This document shows positions 19,536 through 30,858 of a DNA stretch of 64,000 nt, in pieces. The position numbers and the translations under genes were made by a program. The notes under the pieces were generated by a model. That model was not told where the DNA came from. It saw only the letters and a program-made list of their open reading frames with translations, and made no database searches. The first letter of the stretch is position 1, and the number at the start of each line of letters is the position of its first letter. The stretch covers positions 54,666 through 118,665 of the forward strand of contig JAVBMG010000008.1 of the NCBI GenBank assembly GCA_031552815.1. Direction: 5' to 3'. Origin of the DNA: Opitutales bacterium (lineage in GTDB: Bacteria > Verrucomicrobiota > Verrucomicrobiia > Opitutales > JAVBMG01).

Positions 19536-20912
19536 ATGATACGATTTGTTGATATCCTGAAGATTGTTTCTGTCGTTGTTCTGGTTTTTACGCTCGTGCA
19601 TGTGTTTGTGATTCCCGATAAGCCAACGGAAGAAGAGTCGGTTTCCGGGCCATTGTCTCCGGAGGCGGAAAAATGGTTTGATGAAGGCATGCGGATGAAA
19701 GCGGAAAGTAGGTTTGACAGTGCGGCGTATTGTTTTTCGCAGGCGATAGAGAGCGAACCGGGTTTTGAATCAGCTTATGCGCAGCGCGGCTGTATATTTT
19801 TTGAGCTGAAGCGTTATGATGCCGCACTGAAGGATGGTATGAAAGCGGTTGAATTGAATCCTTCATTCTCCGGTGGTTATATCGTCCAGGCAATGGTGCA
19901 TGCCCAGAGAAATAACCTTCGGATAGCCAAATCATTTTATGACTCTGCCGTTGATAATTCCTTTCCCGATGCGGATGCTTATGAGGCACGCGGAAAATTC
20001 TATTTGCAGATGGGTGAGAACTTTCTGGCAATCCGTGATTTCACGGATGCGTTGGATTGGGGTGCCATGAACGAATCCGTTTACGTTGGTCGCGGCCGGG
20101 CATTACGGCTTACGGGGCAGGCGAATACGGCAATGTCGGATGTGGCGAAGGCGATTGAGTTAAATCCGGGCTCGGTGGATGCATTGTTTGAGATGGGGTA
20201 TGTTTACCTGAGCCTGAATGATAATTTGAACGCGCGCAGTTATTTTGGCAGAATCATTGAGTTGGATCCGAAGAATGCTACCGCATATTATTATCGTGGG
20301 AATACTTACCTATGGAGCAATGAAGCTCTTTCGGCAATGGTTGATTACGATCAGGCATTGGCAATCGATCCTTCTTTCTGGAAAGCATATACGAATAAAG
20401 CCATCACTTTTTCGCTTCGGGGTATGCATTTCTCTGCCATAGATTGCATAACAAAGGCCATAGAGGTTGTTCCCCACTTATGGAGCGTATACTTTCAACG
20501 CGGAACGGAATATTTTTTTACAGGCAATTACGACAAAGCGATTTCTGATTTTACCGCGGCTGAGAAACGTTACGAGTCCAGCAGGATTGAAGCGCTGATG
20601 AATACGCGTCCTCCCGGAGGTAGCATAGCGGATATTTATGCATTCCTGGGAGCTGCATGGAATGAGAAAAAAGACCTTAAGCAGGCATTCCATTATGTGA
20701 ACAAATCCATAGATTTCCAGCCTACCTCCATAGCGTATGAGGTGCGGGCGGCGTGTTATATGGAGTACCGCGATTATGAAAAGGCTTTGGCGGATATTAA
20801 TATTGCCCAATCCTATGGGGAAGGGGCGACGGTGATCCAAAAGAAAATCAGTATTCTGGAAAAACTGGGCAGGATTACCGAGGCGGACGAATTGAAGAAA
20901 AAGCTCAGATAA
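19536..20912 (+). CDS. membrane-anchored TPR-repeat protein
   Basis: N-terminal TM (IVSVVVLVFTLVHVFVI) followed by ~10 34-residue TPR-like units (A..Y..RG....g.y..A..D...Al.l.P). Confidence 0.8.
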   Translation: MIRFVDILKIVSVVVLVFTLVHVFVIPDKPTEEESVSGPLSPEAEKWFDEGMRMKAESRFDSAAYCFSQAIESEPGFESAYAQRGCIFFELKRYDAALKDGMKAVELNPSFSGGYIVQAMVHAQRNNLRIAKSFYDSAVDNSFPDADAYEARGKFYLQMGENFLAIRDFTDALDWGAMNESVYVGRGRALRLTGQANTAMSDVAKAIELNPGSVDALFEMGYVYLSLNDNLNARSYFGRIIELDPKNATAYYYRGNTYLWSNEALSAMVDYDQALAIDPSFWKAYTNKAITFSLRGMHFSAIDCITKAIEVVPHLWSVYFQRGTEYFFTGNYDKAISDFTAAEKRYESSRIEALMNTRPPGGSIADIYAFLGAAWNEKKDLKQAFHYVNKSIDFQPTSIAYEVRAACYMEYRDYEKALADINIAQSYGEGATVIQKKISILEKLGRITEADELKKKLR

Positions 20913-20925
20913 ACGGTAGCATGGA

Positions 20926-21189
20926 TCAGATCAATCCAATTGATAATCCAACGACTGATATTATCCAGAAAAGTATAATGTTGTCTTTGAAATAGCTTAA
21001 TAGCCAAAAATATAAAGAGGAAGTCGCCATAATAATTGCCACGACAATCAACTTGGAAAGGAATGGCGCTTGAGACCATAATGAAAAGAAAAACACGACG
21101 GTTGTGTAAATTCCGGAACAGAGAAAGGGTTTATCTGTTACTACAAGCAATCGGATGAGCGCAACTATAAGGATTATTTTGAAAATCAT
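20926..21189 (-). CDS. small hypothetical membrane protein (87 aa)
   Basis: Three hydrophobic segments. It is the only ORF filling the gap between two + strand genes. No motif support. Confidence 0.35.
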   Translation of the reverse strand: MIFKIILIVALIRLLVVTDKPFLCSGIYTTVVFFFSLWSQAPFLSKLIVVAIIMATSSLYFWLLSYFKDNIILFWIISVVGLSIGLI

Positions 21190-21333
21190 GTATTTATTAT
21201 AGGATATTTTTATTCAGAGTCTTATAATATGCCGGCAGTGTAGGTAGCATCCATCTTTTTTATTGTTGAGTCGGACAGATTTATTGAGAAACTGGATAGC
21301 TTTTATTTTATTCGAACCCAAAACACATTTGAT

Positions 21334-22803
21334 ATGAAAGAAAGTACGGCTTCATCCTCAAAGGTAAAATTTTTCAGCGGTGAAAACATTCCGTTGGAAT
21401 TGCACAAGGTACGCGTGGTGCAGAAACTTCATCTTGTGCCGATAGAGCGTCGTCTGGAAGCGGTGCGCGAAGCTGGTTTCAATACATTCCTGCTCAGTAC
21501 CAAGGATGTGTTCCTGGATATGCTTACGGACTCGGGAACGAATGCGATGAGCGACAATCAGACGGCAGCGATGATGCAGGCTGACGATGCCTACGCCGGT
21601 TCGCAGAGCTTTGTGCGTTTGCAGTCTGCCGTGGAGGACGTTTTCGGGAAGAAAATTCTTTTGCCTGTACACCAGGGCCGTGCTGCCGAGAACGTGATTT
21701 CCCAGGCTTTTGTGAAGGCCGGAAACGTGGTTCCGATGAACTATCACTTTACGACGACGTTGGCGCATATTACGCTGAACGGCGGTAAGATCGTGGAAAT
21801 CCTGCATGATGATGCCCTGGAAATCACAAGCAAGAATCCTTTCAAGGGTAATATCGACATCAAGAAGTTAAAGGAAACCATTGTCAAATACGGCGCTGCC
21901 AATATTCCGTTTATCCGCATGGAAGCCTCGACGAACCTGATCGGCGGTCAGCCGTTCTCGATCCAGAATATGCGCGATGTTCGCAAGGTGGCTGATGAAC
22001 ACGGTATCATGGTGGTTCTGGATGCAAGCCTGATCGGTGAAAATGCGTATTTCATCAAACAGCGCGAGGCTGAATTCAAGGGTGCTACCGTCGGGAAAAT
22101 CCTGCACACGATGTGCAGTATCGCGGATATCGTTTACTTTTCGGCACGCAAGGTCAGTTCTTCCCGCGGCGGAGGTATTTGTTCCAATAACGTTGAGCTT
22201 ATCAACAAGATGAAGCACCTGATTCCGCTTTATGAAGGTTTCATGACTTACGGTGGTATTTCCGTGCGTGAAATTGAGGCGATGGCGGTCGGTCTGCGTG
22301 AGACAACGGATGAGACGGTGATTTCCCAGAGTCCGTCTTTTATCGAATACCTGGTCGGCCGTCTGAGCGCGTTGAAGATTCCGGTAGTGACCCCTGCCGG
22401 CGGTTTGGGTTGTCACGTCGATGCGACGTCGTTTGTTTCTCATGTTCCGCAGACAGAATACCCGGCCGGCGCGCTTGCCGCAGCCTTGTATCTGGTTTCC
22501 GGTATCCGCGGTATGGAACGCGGTACGATTTCCAGCGTGCGCGACGAACACGGAAATGACATTCTGGCTGACGTGGAACTGGTCCGTTTAGCTTTCCCGC
22601 GCCGTGTGTTCACGCTTTCGCAGGTGAAATATGTGGAAGACCGTCTGAACTGGCTTTATCACAATCGCGAGCTGATCGGCGGGTTGCGCTTTGTGGAAGA
22701 ACCTCCGGTACTCCGTTTCTTTAACGGTAAACTGGAAGCCACATCCGACTGGCCGGAAAAGCTGATGAAGCAATTCCGCAAGGATTTCGGAGACAGCCTG
22801 TAA
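21334..22803 (+). CDS. beta-eliminating lyase (tryptophanase / tyrosine phenol-lyase family, PLP-dependent)
   Basis: Colinear similarity to TnaA/TPL (LLTDSGTNAMS, DDAYAGSQSF, PVHQGRAAE, DASLIGENAYFIKQREAEF, and the YFSARK Lys region). Trp versus Tyr specificity is not decidable from the sequence. Confidence 0.85.
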   Translation: MKESTASSSKVKFFSGENIPLELHKVRVVQKLHLVPIERRLEAVREAGFNTFLLSTKDVFLDMLTDSGTNAMSDNQTAAMMQADDAYAGSQSFVRLQSAVEDVFGKKILLPVHQGRAAENVISQAFVKAGNVVPMNYHFTTTLAHITLNGGKIVEILHDDALEITSKNPFKGNIDIKKLKETIVKYGAANIPFIRMEASTNLIGGQPFSIQNMRDVRKVADEHGIMVVLDASLIGENAYFIKQREAEFKGATVGKILHTMCSIADIVYFSARKVSSSRGGGICSNNVELINKMKHLIPLYEGFMTYGGISVREIEAMAVGLRETTDETVISQSPSFIEYLVGRLSALKIPVVTPAGGLGCHVDATSFVSHVPQTEYPAGALAAALYLVSGIRGMERGTISSVRDEHGNDILADVELVRLAFPRRVFTLSQVKYVEDRLNWLYHNRELIGGLRFVEEPPVLRFFNGKLEATSDWPEKLMKQFRKDFGDSL

Positions 22804-22816
22804 GGCTGATTGATTT

Positions 22817-22859
22817 AAAAAAGACGGTAGCCTGGAATTTCCATGCTACCGTCTTTTTT
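22817..22859. terminator. bidirectional rho-independent terminator built from an inverted pair of the CGGTAGC / GCTACCG motif
   Basis: AAAAAAGACGGTAGC-(13 nt)-GCTACCGTCTTTTTT. The arms are perfect, with an A-run and a T-run outside, and it lies between convergent genes. Confidence 0.8.
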
Positions 22860-22880
22860 GTTTTTAAGCGTGTAATCCGC

Positions 22881-24338
22881 TTATTTTACTTTTTCAAAAT
22901 CATTTGGCTTCCATTGTCCGTTAAAGGCGGATGCTTCCGGCCCGTAAACGCGGAAATATACGAACCAACCTTTATTCGGAATGGTTTTTATCCATTGATT
23001 CTCGTATCCTTCCGGCGCAGTCGGTCCAAAATAGAGATCCAGTGATTTTTCCGATCCTTTATCTTTTAATTCAAACAATGAACGGAGCGCTGCTTTTCCT
23101 TGGTCGGTATTCACCTGGCTGCGTGTTTCAGCGTCGTAAACGGTTACAGACCAGAAGAGTTTTGCGGGAACAGGCTGGGGAATGGTAAGTTTATAGGTGT
23201 TGCTGCCGTCAAGGTATACACCGTCCTTGTCCCGAAGCCCGAGCCAGTAAACAGAGCCTGCTCCGGCATCGCGGCGAAACATGGCAGGTGAGCTGCCGAT
23301 TGCCTGGAAGTACCATTTGTCGCGGGCGTAATTGTCCGTGTAATTGGGTGTATCGAAGGCTCCGTTTTCAAAGCGCAAGGCGGCCCATTCCCATTTTCTG
23401 TCTTGCCATACGACTTTATCCGGACGGCGGTCATCAAAGGATTCGACACGTAATTGGGCCAAACCGGCTTTGGCTGCCCTTGTGAGGATGCGTTTCATAC
23501 GTTCATCCGGAGCGAAGGGTTTTCCTTTTTCAATACCGAGAGCCGCGAGTTCTCCGTAATAATCATGATACGCGGGATAAAGCGGTTCATTATTTATGAT
23601 TTCGGACAATTCCTGCCAGTACTGGAGATTGTCTTCCCATGCGAGCGGGGTGGTATCTTGGTCGAGCGGAGTCAGGTCGAGCCATTTGGGTTCAACCCAA
23701 TTGGATGGCGGATTGAGCGGGTATACTTTTACGGATTTGATGCGTTCAATGGCTGAAGGCACGTCACCGCCGACAGGCAGTGAGCGAATACCGACCAGCA
23801 TGCGGTAGGTAGGCGATGTTGAGGTATGATAACCTGTCGGTATCTCACCTTTATAATCCGGAGGAAGAAGGAGATACTTGCCTCCTTTTCCTGCATCAGG
23901 TCCGGGCAGTCCCATGTCTGCGACCCAATGCTGTGTTAAGTCCATAGCAACACAGATAAGGGGACCTGCGGGCATTTCGACAACCATGGGCCCTTCACTC
24001 AGGTCGACCAGGACAGGCGCGTAAGGCGTATCGGAATTAAGCGTAAAGCCAATATGCTTTGGTTTCGTGTCCAGTGTTCCAAAGGTCTTATTGGGAAGAA
24101 CGCCGATTTTTGCATTACCCTTAAAGATTGCTGCTCCCGATACGGCAGGATAGAATATGCGATACATTTGTACCGCACGATTAAAATCAACGGCTTCAAA
24201 TGCTCTTTCCGCTGTTTCCTCTGTAGGGTAGCCGCCCTCAAATCTATATTCGTAGCGTTGAGCATTTCTTTGTCCCCAGGCAGATGACGCAAGTGCGCAA
24301 AGCAATGATAGAGTAAGTATTTCTAGTTTAATATTCAT
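22881..24338 (-). CDS. secreted DUF1254/DUF1214-family protein
   Basis: Signal peptide, and a C-terminal LFWSVTVYD pattern typical of DUF1214. Size (~485 aa) and two-domain layout fit the family. Function unknown. Confidence 0.6.
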   Translation of the reverse strand: MNIKLEILTLSLLCALASSAWGQRNAQRYEYRFEGGYPTEETAERAFEAVDFNRAVQMYRIFYPAVSGAAIFKGNAKIGVLPNKTFGTLDTKPKHIGFTLNSDTPYAPVLVDLSEGPMVVEMPAGPLICVAMDLTQHWVADMGLPGPDAGKGGKYLLLPPDYKGEIPTGYHTSTSPTYRMLVGIRSLPVGGDVPSAIERIKSVKVYPLNPPSNWVEPKWLDLTPLDQDTTPLAWEDNLQYWQELSEIINNEPLYPAYHDYYGELAALGIEKGKPFAPDERMKRILTRAAKAGLAQLRVESFDDRRPDKVVWQDRKWEWAALRFENGAFDTPNYTDNYARDKWYFQAIGSSPAMFRRDAGAGSVYWLGLRDKDGVYLDGSNTYKLTIPQPVPAKLFWSVTVYDAETRSQVNTDQGKAALRSLFELKDKGSEKSLDLYFGPTAPEGYENQWIKTIPNKGWFVYFRVYGPEASAFNGQWKPNDFEKVK

Positions 24339-24519
24339 GGTTATTTTCGGTTTATAAATGGAAGCATCGCTGTTTATGGCATGCTTTAAACGAAGACTCT
24401 TGTTTTATCCTGGAGGCATTCAGTTTTCAGGAACAATAAAAAGATTAATAGCTCCAATGAAGATCGGTTTTTCCACTAAGTCAAACGGGAATAGAAAGAT
24501 CTTCCGAGTGCCGGTATTT

Positions 24520-25338
24520 TTAATGTTTGACGTGTATGGGGAATTGGAGGTTGCAGCCGATGAACAGCTGAAATTGAGGAGTCCCGTCACCGTCATGGGC
24601 GACAGTCCATTGAGGTTCGACGAAAGCATTGACCGTTGTACCGCCGGAAAGAACAAACACTTTACCTACGCCGGCGCCCACAGGAATCGTATAGTTATGA
24701 TCTTCGTTGAGCTGGAAATTGCAAATAGCGGTTGAACGGAGATACCAGCCTTCAGGGAGGTTGTAGAGCAGGAGCGGTTGTACCGAGAGGTTGTTTTGCG
24801 TGGGGCGGTTACTGGGGCCGGCAAAGGAACCTTGCCAGGTGACGAGAACCCCGAGAAGCCCGCTTTCCATCGGTTTGAGGACGAGCCCCGCAACACCTGC
24901 CTGCCATTTCCCGGTACCTGTTTCGTCACGGGTGGCTGTGGGAAAAGTCAATTGCGGACCGATGCCGAATTCAATGCCTTCAGCCTTGAATGGTATGAAG
25001 TCCGTGATGGTTAAATCACCCATGCCGAAAACCTGGCCACCGCCGATTTCGGGAGCAAGGACAAGCGGGAGCGTGGCACGGAAGAGGTGGACGGTATCAA
25101 GAATCTTGGTCGGCACGACGGTGCGAAGCATGAAAGTGTCGGCATCGTCGTCAACATGGTAGAGATTTTGGTAGTAGTTATGGAAGTTGACCGTGATTTT
25201 AGGTGTCAGCGGACTGTTGGCTTCGTTGGTTTGTTCGCTGGTGGCGTTGGTTGCAGCGTATACCGGATTAAGCAACGATGCAATAAATCCAAGAATAGCG
25301 AAGCATGTGTGTGTCGATTTATAATGTAGAAGTTTCAT
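24520..25338 (-). CDS. putative outer-membrane beta-barrel protein
   Basis: Signal peptide, alternating hydrophobic beta-strand pattern and a GMGDL motif. The aromatic-rich C-terminal strand is weakly reminiscent of the MetA-pathway/transporter OMP family. Confidence 0.5.
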   Translation of the reverse strand: MKLLHYKSTHTCFAILGFIASLLNPVYAATNATSEQTNEANSPLTPKITVNFHNYYQNLYHVDDDADTFMLRTVVPTKILDTVHLFRATLPLVLAPEIGGGQVFGMGDLTITDFIPFKAEGIEFGIGPQLTFPTATRDETGTGKWQAGVAGLVLKPMESGLLGVLVTWQGSFAGPSNRPTQNNLSVQPLLLYNLPEGWYLRSTAICNFQLNEDHNYTIPVGAGVGKVFVLSGGTTVNAFVEPQWTVAHDGDGTPQFQLFIGCNLQFPIHVKH

Positions 25339-25529
25339 AGGTATTATCGTTCGTTAACAAATGATACTGATAAAAAAACATAAGTAAATTGGTTTCTGAA
25401 AATTTTTGCAAAGAACGCTAACATGAAAGCCAATGCTACCGTATTTGGCATTGTTTGTTGTTTAAATCCTGTGGGCTGATGGAAAACAGTAATTATACCG
25501 GGACACTCTCTTCCGTTGACAAACAGGGA

Positions 25530-27590
25530 ATGAATTTTGAGCATGGCAGCATGGATTTTTCTCCCATTGATTTTAAAGAAGAGCTAAATGCGGAGCAGTA
25601 TAAAGCGGTAATATCGGACATCAGTCAACCGGCATTGGTACTTGCCGGGGCGGGTTCGGGAAAAACGCGTACGCTGACGTACCGCGTAGCTTACCTGCTT
25701 ACGCAAGGGATTCGTCCCTGGGAGATACTTCTGCTTACTTTTACAAACAAGGCTGCCCGGGAAATGCTTTCACGGGTGGAGGACCTTACGGGTATTTCGT
25801 CGTCGCAATTCTGGGGTGGAACCTTCCACAGCATCGGTGCCCGTATTCTGAGAACACACGGCAGTCTTGTCGGGATAAACGCAAATTTCACCATACTGGA
25901 TGAGGATGACGCGGAGGGTATTCTTAAAGAGGTCATCAAAAAATGTGACGGTAGCTTTCTTAAGTCCAAGGAGCATCCTTCGGCCAGTGTCTTACAGAAC
26001 ATAATCAGCTATGCGCGTAACACATTGCAGCCTGTTGATGTTACCGTTGAATCGCGTTACCCTTACTTCAAGGAAATAAAGGGCTTGATTGCGGAATTCG
26101 CAGCTGCATACAAGCAGGAAAAACTGGAACAGCAGGTTGTTGATTATGACGATTTGCTGGAGTACTGGCTGGAACTTCTGCGGAACCATACAGAGGTCCG
26201 TACCCGTTTCAATGAACGTTTTTCTTCCCTATTGGTTGATGAGTATCAGGATACGAACGCGATCCAGTCGGAGATTATAGATCTCATGGCGGGCGAGCAC
26301 CGTATCATGGCCGTGGGCGATGACGCGCAGTGTATTTATACCTGGCGCGGTGCCAATTTTGAAAATATCATGAATTTTCCGGGCAGGCATCCGGGAACGG
26401 AAATACACAAGATAGAGATTAATTATCGATCCACGCCGGAAATTCTGCATCTGGCAAACTGCGTTTTGGAGAACCAACCGATGGGAAGCGGCTATGAAAA
26501 AGAATTGCGTTCGATTCGGGAATCGGGACAAAAACCGGCGCTGATGTCCTTTTTTGACACGCGCCAGCAGGCAAAAACGATAGCGCATAAGATTGTTACC
26601 TTGGTGGAGGATGAGGGATTCCGTTTGTCGGATATAGCGATTCTGTATCGTGCGCATTACCATGCGATGGATCTGCAGATGGAATTGGGGCGTGCTGCCA
26701 TTCCCTATGTGATAACAAGCGGTGTGCGCTTCTTTGAGCAGGCTCATGTCCGTGACCTGGTTGCCCATTTGCGGGTGGTAGCAAATCCGAAGGACAGCGC
26801 TGCTTTGTCCCGCCTGCTTTGTCTCTTACCGAAAGTCGGGCCGAAAACCGCCTTGGGTATCTACAATAAGGGTTCAAAGCTGGCTGAGGAAAAAGGAAAG
26901 ACGCTGATACAGGTTCTGGATTCAGATGAACTCATGAAAAAAATTCCCGAACCTGCGCGTGATGACTACCGTGATCTTGCCTATACGCTGCAAAATGTGG
27001 AAGAGGGCTTTCGTTCGCCGGTCGCATCCAAAGCGGACGACTTGTTCTCAGTTGCGGAAGCCAGGGAGCAAGAGTCGAACAGGATTATAAAAACGCCGGA
27101 GGAGCTGGTACGTATTGCGATTGAGGGATGGTACGGTGATTACATGCGGAATATTTTCCCAAACTGGATGGACCGAAGGGAGGATTTGGACAGTGTTGCT
27201 GGCTTTGCTTCGCAATACAAGGATATGAACGAGTTACTTGCCCAACTGGTATTACTTAACTCGGAAACGAGTGACCGCTCGGTCGAGATTGGCAGCGATT
27301 GTCTGCGGTTAACGACTGTTCACCAGGCAAAAGGCCTGGAGTACCCGGTGGTTTTTGTGATCGGTCTGGCAGATGGCATGTTCCCGTTGAAACGGGCGAT
27401 TGAGGCCGATGACCTGGAAGAAGAACGGCGATTGTTTTATGTCGCCGTGACGCGTGCGCGCGACCAGCTTTATCTCAGTTACCCCGTGCTGCAAAGTTCA
27501 GGCGGGCCGCCTCAGCGCCTTGATCCGAGCCGCTTTGTTCAGGAACTCGATCCTAATACCTACTCTTTCAGGCAAATGCGTCCGTGGTAA
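25530..27590 (+). CDS. UvrD/PcrA/Rep-family superfamily-1 DNA helicase
   Basis: LNAEQYKAV...LVLAGAGSGKTRTLTYR (motif I), LLVDEYQDTN (motif II), and the TVHQAKGLEYPVVF and RRLFYVAVTRAR motifs. The start is uncertain (TTG 25455, ATG 25479/25530/25551). Confidence 0.85.
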   Translation: MNFEHGSMDFSPIDFKEELNAEQYKAVISDISQPALVLAGAGSGKTRTLTYRVAYLLTQGIRPWEILLLTFTNKAAREMLSRVEDLTGISSSQFWGGTFHSIGARILRTHGSLVGINANFTILDEDDAEGILKEVIKKCDGSFLKSKEHPSASVLQNIISYARNTLQPVDVTVESRYPYFKEIKGLIAEFAAAYKQEKLEQQVVDYDDLLEYWLELLRNHTEVRTRFNERFSSLLVDEYQDTNAIQSEIIDLMAGEHRIMAVGDDAQCIYTWRGANFENIMNFPGRHPGTEIHKIEINYRSTPEILHLANCVLENQPMGSGYEKELRSIRESGQKPALMSFFDTRQQAKTIAHKIVTLVEDEGFRLSDIAILYRAHYHAMDLQMELGRAAIPYVITSGVRFFEQAHVRDLVAHLRVVANPKDSAALSRLLCLLPKVGPKTALGIYNKGSKLAEEKGKTLIQVLDSDELMKKIPEPARDDYRDLAYTLQNVEEGFRSPVASKADDLFSVAEAREQESNRIIKTPEELVRIAIEGWYGDYMRNIFPNWMDRREDLDSVAGFASQYKDMNELLAQLVLLNSETSDRSVEIGSDCLRLTTVHQAKGLEYPVVFVIGLADGMFPLKRAIEADDLEEERRLFYVAVTRARDQLYLSYPVLQSSGGPPQRLDPSRFVQELDPNTYSFRQMRPW

Positions 27591-27661
27591 AGCTGTAAAC
27601 TGCGGAAAGAGGACGGTAACATGGAAGCGTTGTAGAACATACAACTATTGGAAAGAAAGAT

Positions 27662-27703
27662 AGCTTTCACCCCGGTAGCTTGAAGCATACCGGGATGAAA
27701 GCT
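27662..27703. terminator. long intergenic hairpin between convergent helicase and trxB genes
   Basis: A 16-bp stem with one mismatch: AGCTTTCACCCCGGTA-(10 nt)-TACCGGGATGAAAGCT. It contains the CGGTAGCT variant. No clear U-tract, so its terminator function is uncertain. Confidence 0.45.
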
Positions 27704-27738
27704 TGAGGGTACTTAGAACAAGAGTATTTCTGAAAATC

Positions 27739-28659
27739 TTACGAAAGGAAACGTTCTGCCTCAATGGCAGCCTGGCTTCCCATTCCTGCAGCAACAACGG
27801 CCTGGCGGTAAACATGGTCGGCGCAGTCACCTGCTACAAAAATGCCTTCGATTTCCGTTTTTACGGAACCCCTGCATAACGCGACAAGATAGCCATTTTC
27901 ATCGAGGGGAAGCTGTCCTTTAAAAATGGAGGTGTTCGGAATGTGTCCGATTGCGACAAAAATACCTTTCACGGGGATTTCGCTGACGGAGTTGTCTTTT
28001 ACATTCTTGATCCTGATGCCGCGGCAAAAGCCTTTTTCGTCTTCCAGCATTTCCTCGACTGTTGAATTCCAGACGGGTTGGATTTTAGGATTGTTGAGCG
28101 TGCGGTCAGCTACGATTTTTGAGGCACGAAATTCATCACGGCGGTGGATGATATAAACCTTTGACGCAAAATGAGTCAGGAATTGAGCTTCTTCGCAGGC
28201 GGAATCACCGCCGCCAATAACGGCAACGTCCATGTCACGGTAAAAAGCGCCGTCGCAGGTGGCACAAGCGCTCACTCCTTTGCCTCCGTACATTTTGGCT
28301 TCTCCGGGAACGCCTGTCATTCGGGGGGCGGCACCTGTTGCAATGATGACTGATTTGGCTTCGTAAGTATTATTGGCGGACATCAGTTTCTTCACCGGTC
28401 CGGAAAAATCAACGGCAGTAATGGTATCGCCCGCAAAACGGGCGCCGAACTTGGCAGCCTGTTTCCGCATATTATCGGTCAATGTAAAACCGTCGATTCC
28501 TTCGGGAAAACCAGGGTAGTTTTCGACATCGGTTGTGACTGTCAGTTGACCGCCTGGCTGAGAACCCTCAATAACCAAGGGATTCAAATTCGCTCTGGCC
28601 GCATAGATAGCGGCAGTCAGTCCTGCGCAACCGGTTCCTATAATAACGAGATTTTCCAT
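27739..28659 (-). CDS. trxB: thioredoxin-disulfide reductase
   Basis: [19 protein letters not shown] motif, redox-active [21 protein letters not shown] motif and a C-terminal GDCAD motif. 306 aa. Confidence 0.92.
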   Translation of the reverse strand: MENLVIIGTGCAGLTAAIYAARANLNPLVIEGSQPGGQLTVTTDVENYPGFPEGIDGFTLTDNMRKQAAKFGARFAGDTITAVDFSGPVKKLMSANNTYEAKSVIIATGAAPRMTGVPGEAKMYGGKGVSACATCDGAFYRDMDVAVIGGGDSACEEAQFLTHFASKVYIIHRRDEFRASKIVADRTLNNPKIQPVWNSTVEEMLEDEKGFCRGIRIKNVKDNSVSEIPVKGIFVAIGHIPNTSIFKGQLPLDENGYLVALCRGSVKTEIEGIFVAGDCADHVYRQAVVAAGMGSQAAIEAERFLS

Positions 28660-28945
28660 ATTTTATGAAACACTGACGAAGACCTTGCATTAGAATGGTA
28701 AATACCGGATGAATCAAGCGGTTATTTATCAAAAGAAGTAAAAATAAATGGGGCAAAGATACCTGAAGTACAGAATGATTGTCTTGTGTTTCAATGGCTT
28801 ATGGGTAATGTTATTTTTCTTCCTTTTCTTTTTGTTTCCTGCAAACAAAGCATTGACCAAGGGGCGACTTTACCTTTTAAAATCATCCTTTGAATAGATA
28901 CTTTTTTGCTATTTCACATTTTAACCTTAATAACATTTAAGTTCC

Positions 28946-30250
28946 GTGAACATCCAGGTACAAGACATCAACTCCATCCGTAAAAACATCGTCGCGACTT
29001 TTACCGCAGAGGAAATACAGGCGCAGGAAAGCAGTATTCTGAATGAATTTGCCGCCCATGCCAAAGTTCCCGGGTTTCGTCCGGGAAAGGCTCCGACTGC
29101 TGTTGTTCAGAAGAATTATGCGAAGGGCATCAAGGATGAGGCGCGCCGCAAGCTTGTCCAGTCAGCCTATGAAAAGGCGACCAAGGATAATGGATTGAAG
29201 ATTGCTCTTGTTGTGGAAGTCAAGGATGCCGATCTGGATCAGACAGCTACCTGTGAAATCGTGGTTGATACGGTTCCGGCTTTTACTTTGCCGGAATATA
29301 AGGGAATCGAAGTAACGGTAGCATCGGAAGAAGTCACAGACCAGGATGTTCAGAAGGCCATTGACGGTCTTTTGAACCAACGTGCGGAATATAAGGTCGT
29401 GGAACGTGACGTGTGCAAGGGTGATTTTGCAAAGATCAATTATGACGGTAGCATTGACGGAAAACCGATTTCTGAAATTGCCCCGGCGATGTCCATGTAC
29501 GGCAAGCAAAACGGAACCTGGGAAGAAGCGGGAACCGAAGGACCGGGGGTAAGCTCGGTGATAAACGGTATCATCGGTATGAAGAAGGGTGAAAGAAAAG
29601 AAGTCACTCATGTATTTCCTGCCGATTTTGAGAACAAGGATCTTGCGGGAAAAACAGCAAGTTATTTTATTGAGGTTTTGGAAATCCGCGAGAAAACCGT
29701 TCCTCCGATGGATGAAGCGTTTTTCAAGTCCAACAAGGTGAAGGATGAGGCGGAGCTCCGCGAGAACCTCCAGAAGAATCTTGCCGCCCAGAAGAAAAAC
29801 CAGAATATGCAATCCCGCCGCAGCCAGATCCTTGAGAAGCTCGGTAGCAGCGTGGAATTTGATTTGCCCCAGAGTGTTGTGGATTCCGAATCCCAGGAGC
29901 TTGTCGACGATTTTGTGAATCGCCAGATGCGTGCTTACGGTGCAAGCCGTGCTGACTTTACCGAGCATCAGGCTGAGATTAAAGCCGGTGCGGAGAAGAC
30001 AGCGCGCGAGCGTGTAAAGCTTCAGTATATTGTACTTGCGATTGCTGACGCGGAAAAAATCACGGTGACGAACGATGACATGTACAATGTTCTGGTCCGC
30101 GAGGCAATGGCCCGGGGATTGCCTATTAACAAAGTCATTGAGGAAATCAAAAAGGACCAGTTCCGTTTGACAAAGCTCCAGCGTGCGGTACTTGTTGAGA
30201 AAACAATTGCATTCGTTTCCGAGAATGCAAAAGTAGTGGATAAAAAATAA
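28946..30250 (+). CDS. tig: trigger factor
   Basis: The N-terminal ribosome-binding signature GFRPGKAP, a central FKBP-like region and the position upstream of clpP-clpX. GTG start. Confidence 0.9.
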   Translation: MNIQVQDINSIRKNIVATFTAEEIQAQESSILNEFAAHAKVPGFRPGKAPTAVVQKNYAKGIKDEARRKLVQSAYEKATKDNGLKIALVVEVKDADLDQTATCEIVVDTVPAFTLPEYKGIEVTVASEEVTDQDVQKAIDGLLNQRAEYKVVERDVCKGDFAKINYDGSIDGKPISEIAPAMSMYGKQNGTWEEAGTEGPGVSSVINGIIGMKKGERKEVTHVFPADFENKDLAGKTASYFIEVLEIREKTVPPMDEAFFKSNKVKDEAELRENLQKNLAAQKKNQNMQSRRSQILEKLGSSVEFDLPQSVVDSESQELVDDFVNRQMRAYGASRADFTEHQAEIKAGAEKTARERVKLQYIVLAIADAEKITVTNDDMYNVLVREAMARGLPINKVIEEIKKDQFRLTKLQRAVLVEKTIAFVSENAKVVDKK

Positions 30251-30264
30251 ACGATCAAGTTACC

Positions 30265-30858
30265 GTGGCATACATACCGCTTCCATATGTTTACGAAGGT
30301 GATGGCCGCAATGAGCGCGCTTGGGATATCTATAGCCGTTTGTTGAAGGATCGCATTATTTTCATCGGTTCGCCAATCGACGATTTTGTTGCGAATGCGG
30401 TTGTTGCACAGATGCTTTTCCTGCAAATGGATGATCCCAAGAAGGATGTCCATGTGTATATTAATTCCCCGGGCGGTTCGGTGACGGCAGGTATGGCGAT
30501 TTATGATACGATGAATTTTCTCCAGTGTGACGTGGTAACTTACTGCGTAGGTATGGCAGCCAGCATGGCGACCATCCTGCTTGCGGCGGGAACTCCCGGA
30601 AAACGTTACGCTTTGCCAAACAGCCGGATCATGATCCATCAGCCTTCTGGCGGTGCGGGAGGCCAGGCTTCGGATATTTCCATTGCAGCAAAGGAAATCA
30701 TCCGCTGGAGAAAGGTACTGAATGAAGTCCTTTCCAAACACACTGGCAAGGATGTCGCGCAGGTGGAAAAAGACAGCGACCGCGATTACTATATGACAGC
30801 CGAGGAAGCCAAGGCTTACGGCATTGTTGATCGCGTTATTGCTGAAAAGCCTGTCTAA
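30265..30858 (+). CDS. clpP: ATP-dependent Clp protease proteolytic subunit
   Basis: [12 protein letters not shown] and catalytic GMAASMA (Ser), RIMIHQP (His). 197 aa. Confidence 0.95.
   Translation: MAYIPLPYVYEGDGRNERAWDIYSRLLKDRIIFIGSPIDDFVANAVVAQMLFLQMDDPKKDVHVYINSPGGSVTAGMAIYDTMNFLQCDVVTYCVGMAASMATILLAAGTPGKRYALPNSRIMIHQPSGGAGGQASDISIAAKEIIRWRKVLNEVLSKHTGKDVAQVEKDSDRDYYMTAEEAKAYGIVDRVIAEKPV

Noticed and set aside
19533-20912. The TPR protein, considered as part of a PilF/PilW-type pilus accessory function.
   Set aside because: It lies 32 kb from the pilus cluster, has an N-terminal TM rather than a lipoprotein signal, and TPR repeats alone are non-specific.
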